A stretch of 64,000 bases of DNA from a bacterium (GTDB lineage: Archaea > Thermoplasmatota > E2 > JACPAO01 > JAHFTW01). The stretch spans positions 357,769 through 421,768 of the forward strand of contig JAZJZE010000001.1 in assembly GCA_040390065.1 (NCBI GenBank), written 5' to 3'. Shown here piece by piece: positions 19,299-28,570 of this stretch (its first letter is position 1; every line of letters starts with the position of its first letter). The translations under genes and the position numbers were made by a program. The notes beneath the pieces are model-generated. The model searched no databases. It was given only the letters and a program-made list of their open reading frames with translations, and had not been told where the DNA came from.

Positions 19299-20666
19299 AT
19301 GGCCGTCCGACCTCGCACCTACCTCATGTTCGCCGCTGTCCTGCTGGTCCTGGCGACGCTTGCCTCAACCGCTCCCGGATTTGCCACAGCCCAGCCCTCG
19401 CCGACCGGCCAGGTCGAGAAAGCCGCAGGCGACCTCGTGCCGACGACGGACCTGGCAATGACGTTCGCCTCGGGCACCGTCACGCCCGCCGTGGGCGTCT
19501 TGCAGGACCTCTACGAGCCGACCGTCACGGTTTCCGGGACGGGAGCCATCTATGTGGCTGGCCACGTCATCGGCGCCTACTCGACCGGCACGCCCGCCTA
19601 CGTGAGCAACAACAACGGCGTGTCGTGGACGCAACTGCCCGCCGTCTCCAGCGTGTCCACCGCGCCCGTCCAGGGCTCGGCCCAGCCCGGCGGCGACGAG
19701 GGCATCGTCGTCGCGGACGGCACCGGTCGCGCGTGGCTCGTCGACATGGGCGCCCAGGGCATGTCCGTCACCGGGTATTGCGGCAATGGCGCCAACGTGT
19801 GCTACACGCTGCCTGACGCGTGGAGTCCGAACCAGTCGGTGGCCTCCGGATGCGGTGTGGCCTCGGTCGCGACCGACAGGCCTTGGGCAGCCTACGCCAA
19901 CAACCAACTCCTGCTCGTGAACAACGGGTACCTCGGGACAGCTGGAAACCGCGTCCAGTTGAGCCTGCTGAACGTCGCCCCCGGCGTTGCGCCCCCTGTC
20001 ACGCCGCCGTTCTGGAACGGCTGCGCCAGCGCCGCTGGCTTCATTCCTGGCGTGCCTGCCTTGCGGGGCTCCGATGGCCGGTACGTGATTCCGCACGTCC
20101 AAGGCGCCAACTTGCGCGTCATCACGGGAACGACGCTTGTCCCCAGCGCAACCACGACCGACTTCGCCGTCGCCTCGACGGACCTTGCGTGCCCAGGCAG
20201 CGGCTACGGCGCCAACTGGGGTTTCTCCACAGTCAGTCAGCCCGGCACGTTCTATGTCACGGCCGCGAAGGACGCCACACACTTCAGTGTCTCGGCCACC
20301 ACGACCGGCACCACGTTCAAGACGGGAACGTTCGCGACGGTCGCGGGCAACATCGCGTTCCTGTGGATCTCGGGCTCGCAGCTCGCGGAGGGCGCCCTCG
20401 TGAGTTGGGCGGAGGACAACGGGTCCTGCTTCAACCCGACTTTCTACGCAGCGCACATCAAGCTTGACGCCACCGGCACGCCCGTCATCAGTGACATCAC
20501 GACGATCGGCGCCGTCAACGGCGCATGCGGCGACCTCATGGGCTCCAGCCTGAGCCCGAGCGGCAACGCCTACGTCGTGGTCTTCGCGCAGCCCAACGGA
20601 TGCACTGACTTCCCCTTGGTGACGCCGCTGCGGGTGTACAAGCAGACGGCCGGCCCCATCCTGTAG
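19299..20666 (+). CDS. Secreted beta-propeller (BNR-like) protein
   Basis: Signal peptide, SNNNGVSW Asp-box, DRPW motif. Confidence 0.7.
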   Translation: MAVRPRTYLMFAAVLLVLATLASTAPGFATAQPSPTGQVEKAAGDLVPTTDLAMTFASGTVTPAVGVLQDLYEPTVTVSGTGAIYVAGHVIGAYSTGTPAYVSNNNGVSWTQLPAVSSVSTAPVQGSAQPGGDEGIVVADGTGRAWLVDMGAQGMSVTGYCGNGANVCYTLPDAWSPNQSVASGCGVASVATDRPWAAYANNQLLLVNNGYLGTAGNRVQLSLLNVAPGVAPPVTPPFWNGCASAAGFIPGVPALRGSDGRYVIPHVQGANLRVITGTTLVPSATTTDFAVASTDLACPGSGYGANWGFSTVSQPGTFYVTAAKDATHFSVSATTTGTTFKTGTFATVAGNIAFLWISGSQLAEGALVSWAEDNGSCFNPTFYAAHIKLDATGTPVISDITTIGAVNGACGDLMGSSLSPSGNAYVVVFAQPNGCTDFPLVTPLRVYKQTAGPIL

Positions 20667-20719
20667 ACCGACGCGACGCGGGGCGCTAGGCCTAAGGGCG
20701 CGTTGCACGTCCGACGCGC

Positions 20720-22057
20720 GTGGACAACCAGCCCGCCCGGGAAATCCAGCGCCCCCGCGGCACCCGCGACTTCGCCCCGGCCGAGATGGCCGTGCGTCGT
20801 CACGTGGCCGACCAGATGCGCGGCGTGTTTGCGCGTTTCGGGTACCGCGAGGTGCAGACGCCGGCCTTCGAGGAACTCGGTTTGTTCACGGCGAAATCTG
20901 GCGAGGGCATCGTCGAGGAATTGTACAACTTCAAGGACAAGGGCGAGCGCGACATGTGCCTGCGGCCGGAACTGACGGCTCCCGTCATGCGCATGTATTT
21001 CCAGGAACACTTCAACGACCCGAAGCCCATCAAGTGGTTCTACCACGGCGCGTGCTACCGCTACGACCGGCCGCAGGCAGGGCGCTACCGAGAATTCTGG
21101 CAGTTCGGCTGCGAGCAGATTGGTGCGGGAACGCCGTTGGCCTACGCCGAGCTGCTGGCCTTGGCGGACGCTGTCATGCGCGAAGTCGGGCTCGTCGAGC
21201 GCGAGTTCTTCGTCGGCCATGTCAAGATCCTGAAGCACTGCGTGGACACCTTCGGCTTCGACGCCGCCACGCGCGGCAAGCTCATGCGCGCCATCGACAA
21301 GGGCGACCGGGCCGAGGTGCAGCGGCTCGCGGATGCGAAGGGCGGATGCGAAGCGGCGCTCGACCGGCTCTTCCTCATCATGGACGCGCCGACGGTCGCG
21401 GCCGCGCGCCACGCTCTGCTGATCGACGCGACGTCCGTGTCGGAGGACGACGCTGAACTGCGGGCTGACCTCGCCGACCTCGATGCGGCGCTTCGCTTCC
21501 TCGACGGGTTCGGTGTGAAGGGCGTGCGGCTCAACCTCGGCATCGCCCGCGGCCTCGACTACTACACGGGCATCGTCTTCGAGATGCATTGCCCCATCCT
21601 CGGCGCCGAGAAGCAACTCCTGGGAGGCGGCGGCTACGACCTCTCGGCCGTCTTTGGCGGCCAGCCGACGCCCACGATGGGCTTCGGGCTCGGGTTCGAC
21701 CGCACGATCGTCGCACTCGAGAAACAGGCGGAACTCGCCGGCCAGAAGACTGCCTTCCCCGCGCACGCCGGACCTGCCGCGTACTTTGCCGCCCTCTCGG
21801 ACGCCGCCGCCGCGAAGGTGCTGCCAATCGTCTCGGGGCTGCGCGCAAACGGCCTCGTCGTGGAGCTGGACCTCGCTGGCCGCAAGCCAGGCGCCGTGGC
21901 CAAGCACGCCGACGCGGTTGGGGCACGGACCCTTGTCATCCTAGGCGACCGCGACCTCGAAGCCGGCAAGGCGCAGGTCAAGGACCTCGCCACGGGGAAC
22001 ACCGAGGACGTGGCAATCGATGCCCTGCCTGCCTGGTTCGTTCGGCACCGTACCTGA
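20720..22057 (+). CDS. hisS: Histidine--tRNA ligase
   Basis: PRGTRDF, LRPELTAP, RYDRPQAGRYREFWQ, RGLDYYTG, GGGGYD. Confidence 0.97.
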   Translation: MDNQPAREIQRPRGTRDFAPAEMAVRRHVADQMRGVFARFGYREVQTPAFEELGLFTAKSGEGIVEELYNFKDKGERDMCLRPELTAPVMRMYFQEHFNDPKPIKWFYHGACYRYDRPQAGRYREFWQFGCEQIGAGTPLAYAELLALADAVMREVGLVEREFFVGHVKILKHCVDTFGFDAATRGKLMRAIDKGDRAEVQRLADAKGGCEAALDRLFLIMDAPTVAAARHALLIDATSVSEDDAELRADLADLDAALRFLDGFGVKGVRLNLGIARGLDYYTGIVFEMHCPILGAEKQLLGGGGYDLSAVFGGQPTPTMGFGLGFDRTIVALEKQAELAGQKTAFPAHAGPAAYFAALSDAAAAKVLPIVSGLRANGLVVELDLAGRKPGAVAKHADAVGARTLVILGDRDLEAGKAQVKDLATGNTEDVAIDALPAWFVRHRT

Positions 22058-22151
22058 CCGCGAGGTGTATGCCCGCGCGCGGCGTTTCGTGCGCATGGCC
22101 CCTCTTGCCGCGATGCGGTGCCTGAAGCGACGCCCCGATCGTCCGGCCGCC

Positions 22152-22898
22152 ATGGGACTGCGTGTCCTTGCCGTCTGCGTCGTTCTGTTGCTGGCCGGCT
22201 GCTCCGGCTCGTCCAAGCAGGATTCCTCGTCGCCATCCGCCGCGCGCCCCGCCACGTCCTCGTCGGCAGCCCCTCCACCGCCGCCTCCACCTCTGGCGCC
22301 GATGCCGCCGCCTCCGCAGGCGCAGCCCGAGCAGCCGCCGCAGACGTACCGCGTCCTCAAGGTGGACTTGTGGCTGAACGGGACCGGGCCGCCAGCGCCG
22401 CCGCCCGCCAACCCGGTGCCTTGCGACGACGACGGTTCGGCCCAGGCCGACTTCGGGACGCAGATGCTGCACTTGCGCGGCGACGGACACGATTTCGTCG
22501 TGGGCCAGACGGCGCTTGTCACATACGTTGTCCCCCGGCTGCACGACCCATCCGTCCCGCTTGGCGAATGCCCGCCGGAAGGCGAGCCCCAGTTCGACGC
22601 ATGGGACGCTGGCAACCAAACGTTCGCCTACGTCCTGCACGGCCACCGGGAACGCGTCGCCATCGAACCGACCGGTTTCGGCGTCCGCGCCGACGGTGTG
22701 GCGCTCGCGGCGGGCAAGTCGACGGAGCGAGCCGTGCGCTTCGATTGGACCCAGCCGTCCGACGGCGCGCACTACCGCTACGTTGGCCTCCTGCGTGTGA
22801 CGTTCGTCGGCTTCTGGTCCTACACCAAGGTGAACGAGGCCTTCAGCTCGAACGGCCCAGGCTACGACGCGGGCGAAGGAAACTGGCACGTTGGCTGA
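22152..22898 (+). CDS. Hypothetical lipoprotein with Pro-rich linker
   Basis: MGLRVLAVCVVLLLAGC lipobox. Confidence 0.7.
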   Translation: MGLRVLAVCVVLLLAGCSGSSKQDSSSPSAARPATSSSAAPPPPPPPLAPMPPPPQAQPEQPPQTYRVLKVDLWLNGTGPPAPPPANPVPCDDDGSAQADFGTQMLHLRGDGHDFVVGQTALVTYVVPRLHDPSVPLGECPPEGEPQFDAWDAGNQTFAYVLHGHRERVAIEPTGFGVRADGVALAAGKSTERAVRFDWTQPSDGAHYRYVGLLRVTFVGFWSYTKVNEAFSSNGPGYDAGEGNWHVG

Positions 22899-22930
22899 GC
22901 TTGGCCAGCGCGCAGGTGGGGGCGCGCCCG

Positions 22931-23140
22931 TCAACCGCCACTGAACGCCGACAGCAGGACAAGGGTCTCGCCATCGACGACGGGCTCGTCCTCGGGGACC
23001 GGCGTCGAGCCGCGAATGGCAAGCGTGTGGTCCGGCGATTGACCGACGGCGCGAAGCACGTCCCCAACCGTCGCACCGGGCGACAAGGCGACGTCGCGGG
23101 GCGGCTCTCGGGCGGGTCGGAAGACAATGCGGACCTGCAA
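22931..23140 (-). CDS. Ubiquitin-like small archaeal modifier (SAMP/ThiS/MoaD family)
   Basis: 69 aa, TVGDVL...VPED..V.DG...LLSAFSGG with C-terminal di-Gly. Confidence 0.85.
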   Translation of the reverse strand: MQVRIVFRPAREPPRDVALSPGATVGDVLRAVGQSPDHTLAIRGSTPVPEDEPVVDGETLVLLSAFSGG

Positions 23141-23141
23141 G

Positions 23142-23224
23142 CGCCGAGGGCAGGATTTGAACCTGCAAATCCAGGGGACACTGGTTTTCGAGACCAGCGC
23201 AATACCGGGTTATGCGACCTCGGC
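23142..23224 (-). tRNA. tRNA-Ser(CGA)
   Basis: GCCGAGG...CTGGT-CTCGAAA-ACCAG, long variable arm, GTTCAAATC, CCTCGGC-G. Confidence 0.93.
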
Positions 23225-23640
23225 AGGTAAGTCGGCCGACTTGTGGCCGCTATTTCCAGGTTTCGTGCCGTGCGAGCGCGACGCGCGAGCCATCAGGGGG
23301 TCGCGGGGGGCGGTAAGCCCCCCCGCAGGTCCGCGGGGCCGCAGGCCCCGCTGCCCAAATGATCGACCTGTTTGCAGGTCGAGGGACACTGGTTTTCGAG
23401 ACCAGCGCAATACCGGGTTATGCGACCTCGGCAGGTAAGTCGGCCGACTTGTGGCCGCTATTTCCAGGTTTCGTGCCGTGCGAGCGCGACGCGCGAGCCA
23501 TCAGGGGGTCGCGGGGGGCGGTAAGCCCCCCCGCAGGTCCGCGGGGCCGCAGGCCCCGCTGCCCAAATGATCGACCTGTTTGCAGGTCGAGGGACACTGG
23601 TTTTCGAGACCAGCGCAATACCGGGTCATGCGACCTCGGC
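23175..23640 (-). repeat. 208-bp tandem repeat: 3 copies of the tRNA-Ser 5' 50 nt separated by 2 identical 158-bp hairpin cassettes
   Basis: GGGACACTGG...CGACCTCGGC starts at 23175, 23383 and 23591; third copy carries one SNP. Confidence 0.95.
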
Positions 23641-23745
23641 AGAAGGGCGCTGGGGCGGAGGCCAGGGCTCGCCTATATTCCCATTTCGAGGGGCCGCAGG
23701 TCGACCCACCCAAACCTCATGTGGGCGGCGCCGATAGGATACGCC

Positions 23746-24753
23746 GTGCGCAAGCGCCTGGCCATGGCCGCCCTCGTCCTCATGCTTCTGCCGGCCGTTC
23801 CGGCCCGCGCCGCCGACCCTGGCGACGGCATCGTGATCGCCGTTCTCGACACGGGCGTCGACTCGAGCCACCCGGAACTGAAGGACCGCGTCGAGCGCAT
23901 GAGTTTCTACCGATCCCCCATCCCGCCGGTTCCCGGCTTGCCAGACCCGACGACGCTTCAGCCGGACCCCGATGGCCACGGCACGGCGGCGGCGAGCGTC
24001 GCGGCGGCCAAGTCGTTCGGCGTCGCCTCCGGCGCCCGCATCCTGGACATGCAGGTCAGCGCCCGCTACACGCAAGGCGCCCTCGACCCGACGGCGGAGG
24101 AAGCGGCCACGCGTGCGATGGATGAACTGCTGCGCCACCACGGCGGCAACGGCACGGCGGGACCGCGCGTCGTGCTGCTGTCCTTCGCGAACAACTTGAC
24201 GGCATCCGGGGCCGCGACCTTGGCCGCGCAGGCGCACGACCTGTGGGATGCGGGCGTCCTTGTCATCGTGCCTGCGGGCAGCCACTCGCCGCTTCACGAC
24301 AGCCCATACGTCGTCACCGTCGGCGACCGCGACGCTACGTGTGCAGCGGGCGTTCCGGCGGCCGGCGTCCTCAAGCCCGACCTGGCGGCCGCGGCTCGCA
24401 ACGTCAAGGTGGCGACGCCTGGAACGCCCACGGGCGGCCAAGGCCAGGCGTCGGGCACCGCGTTTGCATCGGCGTCCGTCGCCGGGGCCGCGGCCCTCAT
24501 GTGGCAGGCCCGTCCTGGACTTCCCGTCGCCGCGCTCGCCGCCATCATGCGTGACACGGCGGCCGACAAGGCCGCAGCCGGTCCCGACGGGTGCACCGGT
24601 TTCGGCGCCTTGGACGCGGAGGCGGCCGTCGTCGCCGCGAAAGCCTGGAGCGATCCCGTTCCGCCGGGCACCCCATCAGCGGCCAAGTCGCCGATGCCGA
24701 TCGGCCCCTTGGTCGCGCTGGTCCTGTTGGCCTTGGCGGCTCGTCGGAGGTAG
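23746..24753 (+). CDS. Subtilisin-like (S8) surface protein, probably catalytically inactive
   Basis: AVLDTG, HGT, KPDLAA; GTAFA in place of GTSMA; C-terminal KSP-TM-RRR anchor. Confidence 0.8.
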   Translation: MRKRLAMAALVLMLLPAVPARAADPGDGIVIAVLDTGVDSSHPELKDRVERMSFYRSPIPPVPGLPDPTTLQPDPDGHGTAAASVAAAKSFGVASGARILDMQVSARYTQGALDPTAEEAATRAMDELLRHHGGNGTAGPRVVLLSFANNLTASGAATLAAQAHDLWDAGVLVIVPAGSHSPLHDSPYVVTVGDRDATCAAGVPAAGVLKPDLAAAARNVKVATPGTPTGGQGQASGTAFASASVAGAAALMWQARPGLPVAALAAIMRDTAADKAAAGPDGCTGFGALDAEAAVVAAKAWSDPVPPGTPSAAKSPMPIGPLVALVLLALAARRR

Positions 24754-24754
24754 C

Positions 24755-24946
24755 ATGACGGCCGATGCCGAAGAGTGCCAGACCTGCCAGGCGCCGCTGT
24801 CATGGGTCGACGCCGCCTACTCCTGCGCCCTCGACTGCACGTTCTGCCCTGATTGCGCGGAGCAATACGGCCACGTCTGCCCCAATTGCTCCGGCGAGCT
24901 GACCATGCGGGCCCGCAAGACGCAGCCAGTAGGCCCTCGGCGATGA
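24755..24946 (+). CDS. DUF1272-like small Cys-rich protein
   Basis: CQTC...C..DCTFCPDCA...CPNCSGEL. Confidence 0.8.
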   Translation: MTADAEECQTCQAPLSWVDAAYSCALDCTFCPDCAEQYGHVCPNCSGELTMRARKTQPVGPRR

Positions 24947-25467
24947 CGGTGTCCGTCTTCGTCGGCGTCAGCGTCGACGGCTTCCTGGCGCGCCCCGACG
25001 GCGGCCTCGATTGGCTCCCCTCGCCTGGCGGCGATGACGCAGGCTATGCCGACTTCATGGCCGGCATCGACGCCCTCGTCATGGGACGAAAGACGTTCGA
25101 GACCGCCCTTGGATTCGGCAAGTGGCCGTACACCGGCAAGCGCGTCGTGGTCCTGAGCAGCAAGCCCGTCGACCTCGCGGCCGTACGCGGCCACCGCGTC
25201 GAAGCGATGGCGGGCACGCCCGCCGACATCGTGGAGCGCCTTGCGTTGACGGGGGCCCGGAACTTGTACGTCGATGGCGGAGCGACCATCCAGGGCTTCC
25301 TGCGCGACGGCCTCGTCGACCGGCTCATCGTCACGCGCGTCCCCGTCCTCATCGGCCAAGGCATCCCCCTGTTCGGGCCGCTTGCCAACGACGTCCGACT
25401 GCGGCAGGTGGCGACGCGCACGTTTTCCGGTGGCTTGGTCCAGACCGAATATGCAGTCGTCCGCTGA
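24943..25467 (+). CDS. Dihydrofolate reductase / RibD C-terminal family protein
   Basis: SVDGFLA..DG.LDWL, MGRKTFE, YVDGG, PVLIGQGIPLF. Confidence 0.9.
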   Translation: MTVSVFVGVSVDGFLARPDGGLDWLPSPGGDDAGYADFMAGIDALVMGRKTFETALGFGKWPYTGKRVVVLSSKPVDLAAVRGHRVEAMAGTPADIVERLALTGARNLYVDGGATIQGFLRDGLVDRLIVTRVPVLIGQGIPLFGPLANDVRLRQVATRTFSGGLVQTEYAVVR

Positions 25468-25490
25468 CCCTGGAAGGCGCCCCATCACCT

Positions 25491-25778
25491 CTTTATACCC
25501 CCCCTCCGTCGCCGCGTTTAGCAGCTTCACCAGACGCTGTCGGGCAATGCCTTGTGCAACCCGGTGCGGCAAGTCCGCCTTCCAGTGATGGAGGGCCCCC
25601 TTGGACATGCAGCAGGCGTCACGGTGGAACCGCGTCGAAGTCCTTCGGGACCTCGGCAGTCATCCGTCTTGGGCGATAGGGGCTCTTCCACGATCTCGTG
25701 GTGGAACCACCCGTTCCAAACACCAGGCGCGACGGCGGCATAGGGGCCGCCTGACCGTCAGCACAGGAGACACATCAC
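25491..25778 (+). promoter_or_regulatory. TATA box and long structured 5' leader of the rpl3 operon
   Basis: CTTTATA at 25491; hairpins CCTTCCA-GTGA-TGGAGG and GTCC-TTCG-GGAC; SD AGGAG before ATG. Confidence 0.55.
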
Positions 25779-26780
25779 ATGGGCAAACGTTCTCACCCGC
25801 GACAGGGCTCGATGGGGTTCTACCCCCGCAAGCGCGCGCGCTCCACCGTCCCGCACGTCAAGGCCTGGGCCGCTGACGCCGGACAACCGAAACTGCAGGG
25901 CTTCGCCGGCTACAAGGCCGGCATGACGCACGCCTTGGTCATCGACTACCGGCCGACCTCCGACACGTCGGGCCAGGAAGTCCGCATGCCCGTCACCGTC
26001 ATCGAGACGCCGCCCATGGGCGTCGTCGCGGTCCGCCTGTACGAGAACACCCCGTACGGCCTCAAGACCATCACCGAGATCTGGGCCGACAAGGTCGACC
26101 AGCGCCTCGACAACCGCCAGCCCCTCGGCAAGCAGGCCGACGTCGCCGCGAACTGGAAACTCGTGAGCGAGTCCGTCATCGCCGATGTCCGCGTCCTGGC
26201 CCACACGCAGCCCGTCGAAGTGACCGGCGTCGACTCGAAGATCCCCGAGATCATGGAGATCCGCGTCGGCGGCGGCGACCTCAAGGCCCGCGTCGAATAC
26301 GCCAAGTCCATCCTGGGCAAGACCATCTCGGTCGACCAGGCACTCAAGTCCGGCCAGATGATGGACGCCCTTGCCATCACGAAGGGCTACGGGTTCGAGT
26401 CGCGCGTCGTGCGCTTCCACACCAAGTTGCTCTCGCACAAGAACTCCAAGCACCGCCGCATGATCGGCACCCAGGGCTCCTGGCACCCGAACTGGGTCCA
26501 GAGCACGGTCCCGAACGACGGCCAGCGCGGCTTCCACCAGCGCACGGAGTACAACAAGCGCGTCCTCAAGATCGGCACCGATGGCGCCGAGATCACGCCT
26601 GCCGGCGGCTTCCCGCACTACGGCGTCGTGCGCAACGGCTACATCATCGTGCACGGCAGCATCCCGGGCCCGACGCGCCGCCTCATCCGCATGCGCGACG
26701 CCGTCCGCTACACGCGCGGCATCGAGGTCCAGCAGGCCGACATCCGCTACGTCTCCACCGCCAGCAAGCAGGGGGCCTGA
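25779..26780 (+). CDS. rpl3: 50S ribosomal protein L3
   Basis: PRQGSMGFYPRKRA, GYKAGMTH, GFHQRTEYNK. Confidence 0.97.
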   Translation: MGKRSHPRQGSMGFYPRKRARSTVPHVKAWAADAGQPKLQGFAGYKAGMTHALVIDYRPTSDTSGQEVRMPVTVIETPPMGVVAVRLYENTPYGLKTITEIWADKVDQRLDNRQPLGKQADVAANWKLVSESVIADVRVLAHTQPVEVTGVDSKIPEIMEIRVGGGDLKARVEYAKSILGKTISVDQALKSGQMMDALAITKGYGFESRVVRFHTKLLSHKNSKHRRMIGTQGSWHPNWVQSTVPNDGQRGFHQRTEYNKRVLKIGTDGAEITPAGGFPHYGVVRNGYIIVHGSIPGPTRRLIRMRDAVRYTRGIEVQQADIRYVSTASKQGA

Positions 26781-26782
26781 AG

Positions 26783-27544
26783 ATGACGAAGATCACGATC
26801 CATAACAAGGAAGGCAAGTCGGCCGGCTCGGTCGAACTGCCCGCCGTCTTCGACACGCCGCTGCGCATCGACCTCATCCGCAAGGCCGTCAACGTGGCCC
26901 AAGCCAACCGCCGCCAGCGCTACGGCGCCATGCCGGTGGCCGGCGAGCGCCCGTCCGTCGAGTGGCCCGGCAAGGGCAAGGGCATGGCCCGCACGCCGCG
27001 CATGAAGCAGGCCGACGGCGCAGCCTTCGTGCCCAACGCGTACCACGGCCGCCGCGCCCACCCGCCCGAGTCGCGCCACTTCTGGACCGAGAAGATCAAC
27101 ACGAAGGAGCGCCGCCTCGCCATCGCGTCGGCCCTCGCGGCGACCGCCAACGGCGCCATCGTGCGCGCCCGCGGCCACAAGGTCGACGACAAGCTCGCCC
27201 TCCCCGTCATCGTGACGGACGACGCCATCGGCGCCGCGAAGACCAGCGACCTCGCCGACATCTTCGGCAAGCTAGGACTCGCCGGCGACCTCGAGCGCGC
27301 CAAGAACGGCGTGCACGTGCGCGCCGGCATGGGCAAACTCCGCGGCCGCCGCTACAGGACCCCGAAGTCGGTCCTCCTCGTCACGGCCGACGGCAAGGCC
27401 CCGGGCGCACGCAACCTTGCTGGCGTCGAGGTCGTCGCGGCCCGCAACCTGTCGGCCGAACACCTCGCCCCCGGCGGCGACGCCGGCCGCCTCACGGTCT
27501 TCACGCAAGGCGCCATCGCCGCCATCCAGGAGGCCTTCCAATGA
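26783..27544 (+). CDS. rpl4: 50S ribosomal protein L4
   Basis: LPAVF...R.DLI, GRRAHPP, KINTKERRLA, HLAPGG.AGRL. Confidence 0.97.
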   Translation: MTKITIHNKEGKSAGSVELPAVFDTPLRIDLIRKAVNVAQANRRQRYGAMPVAGERPSVEWPGKGKGMARTPRMKQADGAAFVPNAYHGRRAHPPESRHFWTEKINTKERRLAIASALAATANGAIVRARGHKVDDKLALPVIVTDDAIGAAKTSDLADIFGKLGLAGDLERAKNGVHVRAGMGKLRGRRYRTPKSVLLVTADGKAPGARNLAGVEVVAARNLSAEHLAPGGDAGRLTVFTQGAIAAIQEAFQ

Positions 27545-27801
27545 TTGACCCGCACGACGTCCTCCTGCACCCGATGGTGACGGAGAAGACCATGATGCTC
27601 ATGGACCGCAACAACTCGCTCGAGTTCCTGGTGCGCCGCACCGCGAACAAGCCCGAGATCAAGTCGGCCATCGAGCAGCTCTTCGACTGCAAGGTCGCGA
27701 CCGTCAACACCCGCATCACGAAGGACGGCAAGCGCGCCATCGTCAAGTTCGCGGGCGAGACGACTGCTGAGGACATCGGCATGCGCATCGGGGTGTTCTA
27801 A
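27541..27801 (+). CDS. rpl23: 50S ribosomal protein L23
   Basis: HPMVTEK...ANKPEIKSAIEQLF...VNT. Confidence 0.95.
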   Translation: MIDPHDVLLHPMVTEKTMMLMDRNNSLEFLVRRTANKPEIKSAIEQLFDCKVATVNTRITKDGKRAIVKFAGETTAEDIGMRIGVF

Positions 27802-27858
27802 GTGAGCATTCCACAGATTGCCAATGGGAACTCACCGACAATCCAGGGGGGTTTCTAG

Positions 27859-28566
27859 ATGGGAAAGCGCATCCTGACACGCCGCCGCGGAGCCATGGCC
27901 CCGCGCATGCTGTCGCCCAGCCACCGCCACTCCGGCAACGTCAGCTACCCGGTCAACTTCACGGGCAGCGGCACGGTCGAGAAGCTCGACCACGCCCCGG
28001 GCCGCACCTGCATCCTCGCCACCCTGAAGCTCTCGGACGGCAAGGAGCTCCTGCACATCGCGAGCGAAGGCATGTCGGTCGGGCAGGTCGTGACCTTCAC
28101 GGCCACGACGCAGATCCTCCCCGGCAACGTCACCATCGTCTCCAAGATTCCGGAAGGCACCCCGATCTACAACATCGAGGCGCGCCCCAACGACGGCGGC
28201 AAGTTCGTCCGCACCGCCGGCACGGCCGCCGAGATCGTCACGCACGCGGAGGGCCGCACGGTCATCCGCATGCCTTCGGGCAAGTTCCGTGACTGCCACC
28301 CGCTGGCCCGCGCCACCATCGGCCTCATCGCCGGCGGCGGCCGCGGCGACAAACCGTTCCTCAAGGCCGGCAAAGTGTACCACCACATGCGCGCCCGTGG
28401 CCAACGCTGGCCCCGCGTGCGCGGTGTCGCCATGAACCCCGTGGACCACCCCCACGGCGGCGGCGCACACAACTTCCGTGGCGGTCAGACCTCGGTGGCT
28501 CGCGGGGCACCCCCGGGCCGCAAGGTCGGCAAGATCGCACCCAGCCGAACCGGCATGAGGAGGTAA
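27859..28566 (+). CDS. rpl2: 50S ribosomal protein L2
   Basis: WPRVRGVAMNPVDHPHGGG. Confidence 0.97.
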   Translation: MGKRILTRRRGAMAPRMLSPSHRHSGNVSYPVNFTGSGTVEKLDHAPGRTCILATLKLSDGKELLHIASEGMSVGQVVTFTATTQILPGNVTIVSKIPEGTPIYNIEARPNDGGKFVRTAGTAAEIVTHAEGRTVIRMPSGKFRDCHPLARATIGLIAGGGRGDKPFLKAGKVYHHMRARGQRWPRVRGVAMNPVDHPHGGGAHNFRGGQTSVARGAPPGRKVGKIAPSRTGMRR

Positions 28567-28570
28567 TTCC

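Noticed and set aside
23175-23640. CRISPR array
   Set aside because: The repeat is a 50-nt tRNA half, the two spacers are identical and 158 bp long, and no cas genes are in the window.
23383-23640. Split or intron-containing tRNA
   Set aside because: A complete tRNA is already present, and I could not identify a bulge-helix-bulge motif at the junctions.
23359-23745. N-terminal extension of the S8 ORF across the tRNA repeats
   Set aside because: Translates repeat DNA; the signal peptide begins at ~23746.
25500-25778. SRP RNA or RNase P RNA
   Set aside because: Length is similar, but the SRP helix-8 motif and the RNase P P4 consensus (GAGGAAAGUCC ... ACAGAA..CGGCUUA) are not found.
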